64,000 bases of DNA from Auanema rhodensis (Eukaryota; Animalia; Nematoda): assembly GCA_964057225.1 (NCBI GenBank), contig OZ059894.1, positions 24,180,001 through 24,244,000 of the forward strand. Direction: 5' to 3'. Every line of letters starts with the position of its first letter. Positions within the stretch are counted from its first letter, which is position 1. Below, piece by piece: positions 27,101 to 40,360 of the stretch. The notes below the pieces were generated by a model. That model searched no databases. It saw only the letters and a list, made by a program, of their open reading frames with translations, and was not told the DNA's origin. The position numbers were made by a program, and so were the translations under genes.

Positions 27101-30100
27101 GGTTTTCAAAATTAAATTTCCCATGTCCATATTAGTCTAAAAAAAATTTTTTATTGATATTGGTGCATGGTAACCATGACTTTGAAATTTACGTGAACTT
27201 TAATTTATGCTAATTAAATGTACACGTGATGTGCACTTGGTATGTAATTCGCTTCACGTGAAAGATAAAGAGATGCGGTTTTCAAAATTAGATTCCCCAT
27301 GTCCATATTAGTCTAAAAACAAATTTTTATTGATATTGGTTCATGGTAACCATGACTTTGAAATTTACGTGAACTTTAATTTATGCTAATTAAATGTACA
27401 CGTGATGTGCACTTGGTATGTAACTCGCTTCACGTGAAAGATAAAGAGATGCGGTTTTCAAAATTAGATTCCCCATGTCCATATTAGTCTAAAAACAAAT
27501 TTTTATTGATATTGGTGCATGGTAACCATGACTTTGAAATTTACGTGAACTTTAATTTATGCTAATTAAATGTACACGTGATGTGCACTTGGTATGTAAC
27601 TCGCTTCACGTGAAAGATAAAGAGATGCGGTTTTCAAAATTAAATTTCCCATGTCCATATTAGTCTAAAAACAAATTTTTATTGATATTGGTGCATGGTA
27701 ACCATGACTTTGAAATTTACGTGAACTTTAATTTATGCTAATTAAATGTACACGTGATGTGCACTTGGTATGTAACTCGCTTCACGTGAAAGATAAAGAG
27801 ATGCGGTTTTCAAAATTAGATTCCCCATGTCCATATTAGTCTAAAAACAAATTTTTATTGATATTGGTTCATGGTAACCATGACTTTGAAATTTACGTGA
27901 ACTTTAATTTATGCTAATTAAATGTACACGTGATGTGCACTTGGTATGTAACTCGCTTCACGTGAAAGATAAAGAGATGCGGTTTCCAAAATTAGATTCC
28001 CCATGTCCATATTAGTCTAAAAAAATTTTTTTATTGATATTGGTTCATGGTAACCATGACTTTGAAATTTACGTGAACTTTAATTTATGCTAATTAAATG
28101 TACACGTGATGTGCACTTGGTATGTAACTCGCTTCACGTGAAAGATAAAGAGATGCCGTTTTCAAAATTAGATTCCTCATGTCCATATTAGTCTAAAAAC
28201 AAATTTTTATTGATATTGGTGCATGGTAACCATGACTTTGAAATTTACGTGAACTTTAATTTATGCTAATTAAATGTACACGTGATGTGCACTTGGTATG
28301 TAACTCGCTTCACGTGAAAGATAAAGAGATGCCGTTTTCAAAATTAGATTCCTCATGTCCATATTAGTCTAAAAACAAATTTTTATTGATATTGGTGCAT
28401 GGTAACCATGACTTTGAAATTTACGTGAACTTTAATTTATGCTAATTAAATGTACACGTGATGTGCACTTGGTATGTAACTCGCTTCACGTGAAAGATAA
28501 AGAGATGCGGTTTTCAAAATTAGATTCCCCATGTCCATATTAGTCTAAAAACAAATTTTTATTGATATTGGTTCATGGTAACCATGACTTTGAAATTTAC
28601 GTGAACTTTAATTTATGCTAATTAAATGTACACGTGATGTGCACTTGGTATGTAACTCGCTTCACGTGAAAGATAAAGAGATGCCGTTTTCAAAATTAGA
28701 TTCCTCATGTCCATATTAGTCTAAAAACAAATTTTTATTGATATTGGTGCATGGTAACCATGACTTTGAAATTTACGTGAACTTTAATTTATGCTAATTA
28801 AATGTACACGTGATGTGCACTTGGTATGTAACTCGCTTCACGTGAAAGATAAAGAGATGCGGTTTTCAAAATTAGATTCCCCATGTCCATATTAGTCTAA
28901 AAACAAATTTTTATTGATATTGGTTCATGGTAACCATGACTTTGAAATTTACGTGAACTTTAATTTATGCTAATTAAATGTACACGTGATGTGCACTTGG
29001 TATGTAACTCGCTTCACGTGAAAGATGAAGAGATGCGGTTTTCAAAATTAGATTCCCTATGTCCATATTAGTCTAAAAACAAATTTTTATTGATATTGGT
29101 TCATGGTAACCATGACTTTGAAATTTACGTGAACTTTAATTTATGCTAATTAAATGTACACGTGATGTGCACTTGGTATGTAACTCGCTTCACGTGAAAG
29201 ATAAAGAGATGCGGTTTTCAAAATTAGATTCCCCATGTCCATATTAGTCTAAAAACAAATTTCTATTGATATTGGTGCATGGTAACCATGACTTTGAAAT
29301 TTACGTGAACTTTAATTTATGCTAATTAAATGTACACGTGATGTGCACTTGGTATATAACTCGCTTCACGTGAAAGATAAAAAGATGCGGTTTTCAAAAT
29401 TAAATTTCCCATGTCCATATTAGTCTAAAAAAAAATTTTTATTGATATTGGTGCATGGTAACCATGACTTTGAAATTTACGTGAACTTTAATTTATGCTA
29501 ATTAAATGTACACGTGATGTGCACTTGGTATGTAATTCGCTTCACGTGAAAGATAAAGAGATGCGGTTTTCAAAATTAGATTCCCCATGTCCATATTAGT
29601 CTAAAAACAAATTTTTATTGATATTGGTTCATGGTAACCATGACTTTGAAATTTACGTGAACTTTAATTTATGCTAATTAAATGTACACGTGATGTGCAC
29701 TTGGTATGTAACTCGCTTCACGTGAAAGATAAAGAGATGCGGTTTTCAAAATTAGATTCCCCATGTCCATATTAGTCTAAAAACAAATTTTTATTGATAT
29801 TGGTGCATGGTAACCATGACTTTGAAATTTACGTGAACTTTAATTTATGCTAATTAAATGTACACGTGATGTGCACTTGGTATGTAACTCGCTTCACGTG
29901 AAAGATAAAGAGATGCGGTTTTCAAAATTAAATTTCCCATGTCCATATTAGTCTAAAAACAAATTTTTATTGATATTGGTGCATGGTAACCATGACTTTG
30001 AAATTTACGTGAACTTTAATTTATGCTAATTAAATGTACACGTGATGTGCACTTGGTATGTAACTCGCTTCACGTGAAAGATAAAGAGATGCGGTTTTCA

Positions 30101-32699
30101 AAATTAGATTCCCCATGTCCATATTAGTCTAAAAACAAATTTTTATTGATATTGGTTCATGGTAACCATGACTTTGAAATTTACGTGAACTTTAATTTAT
30201 GCTAATTAAATGTACACGTGATGTGCACTTGGTATGTAACTCGCTTCACGTGAAAGATAAAGAGATGCGGTTTTCAAAATTAGATTCCCCATGTCCATAT
30301 TAGTCTAAAAACAAATTTTTATTGATATTGGTTCATGGTAACCATGACTTTGAAATTTACGTGAACTTTAATTTATGCTAATTAAATGTACACGTGATGT
30401 GCACTTGGTATGTAACTCGCTTCACGTGAAAGATAAAGAGATGCGGTTTTCAAAATTAGATTCCCCATGTCCATATTAGTCTAAAAACGAATTTTTATTG
30501 ATATTGGTGCATGGTAACCATGACTTTGAAATTTACGTGAACTTTAGTTTATGCTAATTAAATGTACACGTGATGTGCACTTGGTATGTAACTCGCTTCA
30601 CGTGAAGGATAAAGAGATGCGGTTTTCAAAATTAGATTCCCCATGTCCATATTAGTCTAAAAACAAATTTTTATTGATATTGGTTCATGGTAACCATGAC
30701 TTTGAAATTTACGTGAACTTCAATTTATGCTAATTAAATGTACACGTGATGTGCACTTGGTATGTAACTCGCTTCACGTGAAAGATGAAGAGATGCGGTT
30801 TTCAAAATTAGATTCCCTATGTCCATATTAGTCTAAAAACAAATTTTTATTGATATTGGTTCATGGTAACCATGACTTTGAAATTTACGTGAACTTTAAT
30901 TTATGCTAATTAAATGTACACGTGATGTGCACTTGGTATGTAACTCGCTTCACGTGAAAGATAAAGAGATGCGGTTTTCAAAATTAGATTCCCCATGTCC
31001 ATATTAGTCTAAAAACAAATTTTTATTGATATTGGTGCATGGTAACCATGACTTTGAAATTTACGTGAACTTTAATTTATGCTAATTAAATGTACACGTG
31101 ATGTGCACTTGGTATGTAACTCGCTTCACGTGAAAGATAAAAAGATGCGGTTTTCAAAATTAAATTTCCCATGTCCATATTAGTCTAAAAACAAATTTTT
31201 ATTGATATTGGTGCATGGTAACCATGACTTTGAAATTTACGTGAACTTTAATTTATGCTAATTAAATGTACACGTGATGTGCACTTGGTATGTAACTCGC
31301 TTCACGTGAAAGATAAAGAGATGCGGTTTTCAAAATTAGATTCCCCATGTCCATATTAGTCTAAAAACAAATTTTTATTGATATTGGTTCATGGTAACCA
31401 TGACTTTGAAATTTACGTGAACTTTAATTTATGCTAATTAAATGTACACGTGATGTGCACTTGGTATGTAACTCGCTTCACGTGAAAGATAAAGAGATGC
31501 GGTTTCCAAAATTAGATTCCCCATGTCCATATTAGTCTAAAAACAAATTTTTATTGATATTGGTGCATGGTAACCATGACTTTGAAATTTACGTGAATTT
31601 TAATTTATGCTAATTAAATGTACACGTGATGTGCATTTGGTATGTAACTAGCTTCACGTGAAAGATAAAGAGATGCGGTTTTCAAAATTAGATTCCCCAT
31701 GTCCATATTAGTCTAAAAACAAATTTTTATTGATATTGGTGCATGGTAACCATGACTTTGAAATTTACGTGAACTTCAATTTATGCTAATTAAATGTACA
31801 CGTGATGTGCACTTGGTATGTAACTCGCTTCACGTGAAAGATAAAGAGATGCGGTTTTCAAAATTAGATTCCCCATGTCCATATTAGTCTAAAAACAAAT
31901 TTTTATTGATATTGGTGCATGGTAACCATGACTTTGAAATTTACGTGAACTTTAATTTATGCTAATTAAATGTACACGTGATGTGCACTTGGTATGTAAC
32001 TCGCTTCACGTGAAAGATAAAGAGATGCGGTTTTCAAAATTAAATTTCCCATGTCCATATTAGTCTAAAAACAAATTTTTATTGATATTGGTGCATGGTA
32101 ACCATGACTTTGAAATTTACGTGAACTTTAATTTATGCTAATTAAATGTACACGTGATGTGCACTTGGTATGTAACTCGCTTCACGTGAAAGATAAAGAG
32201 ATGCGGTTTTCAAAATTAGATTCCCCATGTCCATATTAGTCTAAAAACAAATTTTTATTGATATTGGTGCATGGTAACCATGACTTTGAAATTTACGTGA
32301 ACTTTAATTTATGCTAATTAAATGTACACGTGATGTGCACTTGGTATGTAACTCGCTTCACGTGAAAGATGAAGAGATGCGGTTTTCAAAATTAGATTCC
32401 CCATGTCCATATTAGTCTAAAAACAAATTTTTATTGATATTGGTTCATGGTAACCATGACTTTGAAATTTACGTGAACTTCAATTTATGCTAATTAAATG
32501 TACACGTGATGTGCACTTGGTATGTAACTCGCTTCACGTGAAAGATGAAGAGATGCGGTTTTCAAAATTAGATTCCCTATGTCCATATTAGTCTAAAAAC
32601 AAATTTTTATTGATATTGGTTCATGGTAACCATGACTTTGAAATTTACGTGAACTTTAATTTATGCTAATTAAATGTACACGTGATGTGCACTTGGTAT

Positions 32700-35600
32700 G
32701 TAACTCGCTTCACGTGAAAGATAAAGAGATGCGGTTTTCAAAATTAGATTCCCCATGTCCATATTAGTCTAAAAACAAATTTTTATTGATATTGGTTCAT
32801 GGTAACCATGACTTTGAAATTTACGTGAACTTTAATTTATGCTAATTAAATGTACACGTGATGTGCACTTGGTATGTAACTCGCTTCACGTGAAAGATAA
32901 AAAGATGCGGTTTTCAAAATTAAATTTCCCATGTCCATATTAGTCTAAAAACAAATTTTTATTGATATTGGTTCATGGTAACCATGACTTTGAAATTTAC
33001 GTGAACTTCAATTTATGCTAATTAAATGTACACGTGATGTGCACTTGGTATGTAACTCGCTTCACGTGAAAGATGAAGAGATGCGGTTTTCAAAATTAGA
33101 TTCCCTATGTCCATATTAGTCTAAAAACAAATTTTTATTGATATTGGTTCATGGTAACCATGACTTTGAAATTTACGTGAACTTTAATTTATGCTAATTA
33201 AATGTACACGTGATGTGCACTTGGTATGTAACTCGCTTCACGTGAAAGATAAAGAGATGCGGTTTTCAAAATTAGATTGCCCATGTCCATATTAGTCTAA
33301 AAACAAATTTTTATTGATATTGGTTCATGATAACCATGACTTTGAAGTTTACGTGAACTTTAATTTATGCTAATTAAATGTACACTTGATGTGCACTTGG
33401 TATGTAACTCGCTTCACGTGTAAGATAAAGAGATGCGGTTTTCAAAATTAGATTCCCTATGTCCATATTAGTCAAAAAACAAATTTTTATTGATATTGGT
33501 GCATGGTAACCATGACTTTGAAATTTACGTGAATTTTAATTTATGCTAATTAAATGTACACGTGATGTGCACTTGGTATGTAACTCGCTTCACGTGAAAG
33601 ATGAAGAGATGCGGTTTTCAAAATTAGATTCCCTATGTCCATATTAGTCTAAAAACAAATTTTTATTGATATTGGTTCATGGTAACCATGACTTTGAAAT
33701 TTACGTGAACTTTAATTTATGCTAATTAAATGTACACGTGATGTGCACTTGGTATGTAACTCGCTTCACGTGAAAGATAAAGAGATGCGGTTTTCAAAAT
33801 TAGATTCCCCATGTCCATATTAGTCTAAAAACAAATTTTTATTGATATTGGTTCATGGTAACCATGACTTTGAAATTTACGTGAACTTTAATTTATGCTA
33901 ATTAAATGTACACGTGATGTGCACTTGGTATGTAACTCGCTTCACGTGAAAGATAAAAAGATGCGGTTTTCAAAATTAAATTTCCCATGTCCATATTAGT
34001 CTAAAAAAAAATTTTTATTGATATTGGTGCATGGTAACCATGACTTTGAAATTTACGTGAACTTTAATTTATGCTAATTAAATGTACACGTGATGTGCAC
34101 TTGGTATGTAACTCGCTTCACGTGAAAGATAAAGAGATGCGGTTTTCAAAATTAGATTCCCCATATCCATATTAGTCTAAAAACAAATTTTTATTGATAT
34201 TGGTGCATGGTAACCATGACTTTGAAATTTACGTGAACTTTAATTTATGCTAATTAAATGTACACGTGATGTGCACTTGGTATGTAACTCGCTTCACGTG
34301 AAAGATAAAGAGATGCGGTTTTCAAAATTAGATTGCCCATGTCCATATTAGTCTAAAAACAAATTTTTATTGATATTGGTTCATGATAACCATGACTTTG
34401 AAGTTTACGTGAACTTTAATTTATGCTAATTAAATGTACACTTGATGTGCACTTGGTATGTAACTCGCTTCACGTGTAAGATAAAGAGATGCGGTTTTCA
34501 AAATTAGATTCCCCATGTCCATATTAGTCTAAAAACAAATTTTTATTGATATTGGTGCATGGTAACCATGACTTTGAAATTTACGTGAATTTTAATTTAT
34601 GCTAATTAAATGTACACGTGATGTGCACTTGGTATGTAACTAGCTTCACGTGAAAGATAAAGAGATGCGGTTTTCAAAATTAGATTCCCTATGTCCATAT
34701 TAGTCTAAAAACAAATTTTTATTGATATTGGTGCATGGTAACCATGACTTTGAAATTTACGTGAACTTCAATTTATGCTAATTAAATGTACACGTGATGT
34801 GCACTTGGTATGTAACTCGCTTCACGTGAAAGATAAAGAGATGCGGTTTTCAAAATTAGATTCCCCATGTCCATATTAGTCTAAAAACAAATTTTTATTG
34901 ATATTGGTGCATGGTAACCATGACTTTGAAATTTACGTGAACTTTAATTTATGCTAATTAAATGTACACGTGATGTGCACTTGGTATGTAACTCGCTTCA
35001 CGTGAAAGATAAAGAGATGCGGTTTTCAAAATTAGATTCCCCATGTCCATATTAGTCTAAAAACAAATTTTTATTGATATTGGTTCATGGTAACCATGAC
35101 TTTGAAATTTACGTGAACTTTAATTTATGCTAATTAAATGTACACGTGATGTGCACTTGGTATGTAACTCGCTTCACGTGAAAGATAAAGAGATGCGGTT
35201 TTCAAAATTAGATTCCCCATGTTCATATTAGTCTAAAAACAAATTTTTATTGATATTGGTTCATGGTAACCATGACTTTGAAATTTACGTGAACTTTAAT
35301 TTATGCTAATTAAATGTACACGTGATGTGCACTTGGTATGTAACTCGCTTCACGTGAAAGATAAAGAGATGCGGTTTTCAAAATTAGATTCCCCATGTCC
35401 ATATTAGTCTAAAAACAAATTTTTATTGATATTGGTTCATGATAACCATGACTTTGAAGTTTACGTGAACTTTAATTTATGCTAATTAAATGTACACTTG
35501 ATGTGCACTTGGTATGTAACTCGCTTCACGTGTAAGATAAAGAGATGCGGTTTTCAAAATTAGATTCCCCATGTCCATATTAGTCTAAAAACAAATTTTT

Positions 35601-38600
35601 ATTGATATTGGTGCATGGTAACCATGACTTTGAAATTTACGTGAATTTTAATTTATGCTAATTAAATGTACACGTGATGTGCACTTGGTATGTAACTAGC
35701 TTCACGTGAAAGATAAAGAGATGCGGTTTTCAAAATTAGATTCCCTATGTCCATATTAGTCTAAAAACAAATTTTTATTGATATTGGTGCATGGTAACCA
35801 TGACTTTGAAATTTACGTGAACTTTAATTTATGCTAATTAAATGTACACGTGATGTGCACTTGGTATGTAACTCGCTTCACGTGAAAGATAAAGAGATGC
35901 GGTTTTCAAAATTAGATTCCCCATGTTCATATTAGTCTAAAAACAAATTTTTATTGATATTGGTTCATGGTAACCATGACTTTGAAATTTACGTGAACTT
36001 TAATTTATGCTAATTAAATGTACACGTGATGTGCACTTGGTATGTAACTCGCTTCACGTGAAAGATAAAGAGATGCGGTTTTCAAAATTAGATTCCCCAT
36101 GTCCATATTAGTCTAAAAACAAATTTTTATTGATATTGGTTCATGATAACCATGACTTTGAAGTTTACGTGAACTTTAATTTATGCTAATTAAATGTACA
36201 CTTGATGTGCACTTGGTATGTAACTCGCTTCACGTGTAAGATAAAGAGATGCGGTTTTCAAAATTAGATTCCCCATGTCCATATTAGTCTAAAAACAAAT
36301 TTTTATTGATATTGGTTCATGGTAACCATGACTTTGAAATTTACGTGAACTTTAATTTATGCTAATTAAATGTACACGTGATGTGCACTTGGTATGTAAC
36401 TCGCTTCACGTGAAAGATAAAAAGATGCGGTTTTCAAAATTAAATTTCCCATGTCCATATTAGTCTAAAAAAAAATTTTTATTGATATTGGTGCATGGTA
36501 ACCATGACTTTGAAATTTACGTGAACTTTAATTTATGCTAATTAAATGTACACGTGATGTGCACTTGGTATGTAACTCGCTTCACGTGAAAGATAAAGAG
36601 ATGCGGTTTTCAAAATTAGATTCCCCATGTCCATATTAGTCTAAAAACAAATTTTTATTGATATTGGTGCATGGTAACCATGACTTTGAAATTTACGTGA
36701 ACTTTAATTTATGCTAATTAAATGTACACGTGATGTGCACTTGGTATGTAACTCGCTTCACGTGAAAGATAAAGAGATGCGGTTTTCAAAATTAGATTCC
36801 CCATGTCCATATTAGTCTAAAAACAAATTTTTATTGATATTGGTTCATGGTAACCATGACTTTGAAATTTACGTGAACTTTAATTTATGCTAATTAAATG
36901 TACACGTGATGTGCACTTGGTATGTAACTCGCTTCACGTGAAAGATAAAAAGATGCGGTTTTCAAAATTAAATTTCCCATGTCCATATTAGTCTAAAAAC
37001 AAATTTTTATTGATATTGGTTCATGGTAACCATGACTTTGAAATTTACGTGAACTTCAATTTATGCTAATTAAATGTACACGTGATGTGCACTTGGTATG
37101 TAACTCGCTTCACGTGAAAGATGAAGAGATGCGGTTTTCAAAATTAGATTCCCTATGTCCATATTAGTCTAAAAACAAATTTTTATTGATATTGGTTCAT
37201 GGTAACCATGACTTTGAAATTTACGTGAACTTTAATTTATGCTAATTAAATGTACACGTGATGTGCACTTGGTATGTAACTCGCTTCACGTGAAAGATAA
37301 AGAGATGCGGTTTTCAAAATTAGATTGCCCATGTCCATATTAGTCTAGAAACAAATTTTTATTGATATTGGTTCATGATAACCATGACTTTGAAGTTTAC
37401 GTGAACTTTAATTTATGCTAATTAAATGTACACTTGATGTGCACTTGGTATGTAACTCGCTTCACGTGTAAGATAAAGAGATGCGGTTTTCAAAATTAGA
37501 TTCCCTATGTCCATATTAGTCAAAAAACAAATTTTTATTGATATTGGTGCATGGTAACCATGACTTTGAAATTTACGTGAATTTTAATTTATGCTAATTA
37601 AATGTACACGTGATGTGCACTTGGTATGTAACTCGCTTCACGTGAAAGATGAAGAGATGCGGTTTTCAAAATTAGATTCCCTATGTCCATATTAGTCTAA
37701 AAACAAATTTTTATTGATATTGGTTCATGGTAACCATGACTTTGAAATTTACGTGAACTTTAATTTATGCTAATTAAATGTACACGTGATGTGCACTTGG
37801 TATGTAACTCGCTTCACGTGAAAGATAAAGAGATGCGGTTTTCAAAATTAGATTCCCCATGTCCATATTAGTCTAAAAACAAATTTTTATTGATATTGGT
37901 TCATGGTAACCATGACTTTGAAATTTACGTGAACTTTAATTTATGCTAATTAAATGTACACGTGATGTGCACTTGGTATGTAACTCGCTTCACGTGAAAG
38001 ATAAAAAGATGCGGTTTTCAAAATTAAATTTCCCATGTCCATATTAGTCTAAAAAAAAATTTTTATTGATATTGGTGCATGGTAACCATGACTTTGAAAT
38101 TTACGTGAACTTTAATTTATGCTAATTAAATGTACACGTGATGTGCACTTGGTATGTAACTCGCTTCACGTGAAAGATAAAGAGATGCGGTTTTCAAAAT
38201 TAGATTCCCCATATCCATATTAGTCTAAAAACAAATTTTTATTGATATTGGTGCATGGTAACCATGACTTTGAAATTTACGTGAACTTTAATTTATGCTA
38301 ATTAAATGTACACGTGATGTGCACTTGGTATGTAACTCGCTTCACGTGAAAGATAAAGAGATGCGGTTTTCAAAATTAGATTGCCCATGTCCATATTAGT
38401 CTAAAAACAAATTTTTATTGATATTGGTTCATGATAACCATGACTTTGAAGTTTACGTGAACTTTAATTTATGCTAATTAAATGTACACTTGATGTGCAC
38501 TTGGTATGTAACTCGCTTCACGTGTAAGATAAAGAGATGCGGTTTTCAAAATTAGATTCCCCATGTCCATATTAGTCTAAAAACAAATTTTTATTGATAT

Positions 38601-40360
38601 TGGTGCATGGTAACCATGACTTTGAAATTTACGTGAATTTTAATTTATGCTAATTAAATGTACACGTGATGTGCACTTGGTATGTAACTAGCTTCACGTG
38701 AAAGATAAAGAGATGCGGTTTTCAAAATTAGATTCCCTATGTCCATATTAGTCTAAAAACAAATTTTTATTGATATTGGTGCATGGTAACCATGACTTTG
38801 AAATTTACGTGAACTTCAATTTATGCTAATTAAATGTACACGTGATGTGCACTTGGTATGTAACTCGCTTCACGTGAAAGATAAAGAGATGCGGTTTTCA
38901 AAATTAGATTCCCCATGTCCATATTAGTCTAAAAACAAATTTTTATTGATATTGGTGCATGGTAACCATGACTTTAAAATTTACGTGAACTTTAATTTAT
39001 GCTAATTAAATGTACACGTGATGTGCACTTGGTATGTAACTCGCTTCACGTGAAAGATAAAGAGATGCGGTTTTCAAAATTAGATTCCCCATGTCCATAT
39101 TAGTCTAAAAACAAATTTTTATTGATATTGGTTCATGGTAACCATGACTTTGAAATTTACGTGAACTTTAATTTATGCTAATTAAATGTACACGTGATGT
39201 GCACTTGGTATGTAACTCGCTTCACGTGAAAGATAAAGAGATGCGGTTTTCAAAATTAGATTCCCCATGTTCATATTAGTCTAAAAACAAATTTTTATTG
39301 ATATTGGTTCATGGTAACCATGACTTTGAAATTTACGTGAACTTTAATTTATGCTAATTAAATGTACACGTGATGTGCACTTGGTATGTAACTCGCTTCA
39401 CGTGAAAGATAAAGAGATGCGGTTTTCAAAATTAGATTCCCCATGTCCATATTAGTCTAAAAACAAATTTTTATTGATATTGGTTCATGATAACCATGAC
39501 TTTGAAATTTACGTGAACTTTAATTTATGCTAATTAAATGTACACTTGATGTGCACTTGGTATGTAACTCGCTTCACGTGTAAGATAAAGAGATGCGGTT
39601 TTCAAAATTAGATTCCCCATGTCCATATTAGTCTAAAAACAAATTTTTATTGATATTGGTGCATGGTAACCATGACTTTGAAATTTACGTGAATTTTAAT
39701 TTATGCTAATTAAATGTACACGTGATGTGCACTTGGTATGTAACTAGCTTCACGTGAAAGATAAAGAGATGCGGTTTTCAAAATTAGATTCCCTATGTCC
39801 ATATTAGTCTAAAAACAAATTTTTATTGATATTGGTGCATGGTAACCATGACTTTGAAATTTACGTGAACTTTAATTTATGCTAATTAAATGTACACGTG
39901 ATGTGCACTTGGTATGTAACTCGCTTCACGTGAAAGATAAAGAGATGCGGTTTTCAAAATTAGATTCCCCATGTTCATATTAGTCTAAAAACAAATTTTT
40001 ATTGATATTGGTTCATGGTAACCATGACTTTGAAATTTACGTGAACTTTAATTTATGCTAATTAAATGTACACGTGATGTGCACTTGGTATGTAACTCGC
40101 TTCACGTGAAAGATAAAGAGATGCGGTTTTCAAAATTAGATTCCCCATGTCCATATTAGTCTAAAAACAAATTTTTATTGATATTGGTTCATGATAACCA
40201 TGACTTTGAAGTTTACGTGAACTTTAATTTATGCTAATTAAATGTACACTTGATGTGCACTTGGTATGTAACTCGCTTCACGTGTAAGATAAAGAGATGC
40301 GGTTTTCAAAATTAGATTCCCCATGTCCATATTAGTCTAAAAACAAATTTTTATTGATAT
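32700..40360. repeat. Tandem duplication with a 23-monomer (4048-bp) period, containing nested 6- and 4-monomer sub-repeats
   Basis: C15G 33279/37327, T34A 33474/37522 and G21A 34165/38213 are all 4048 bp apart. Confidence 0.9.
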
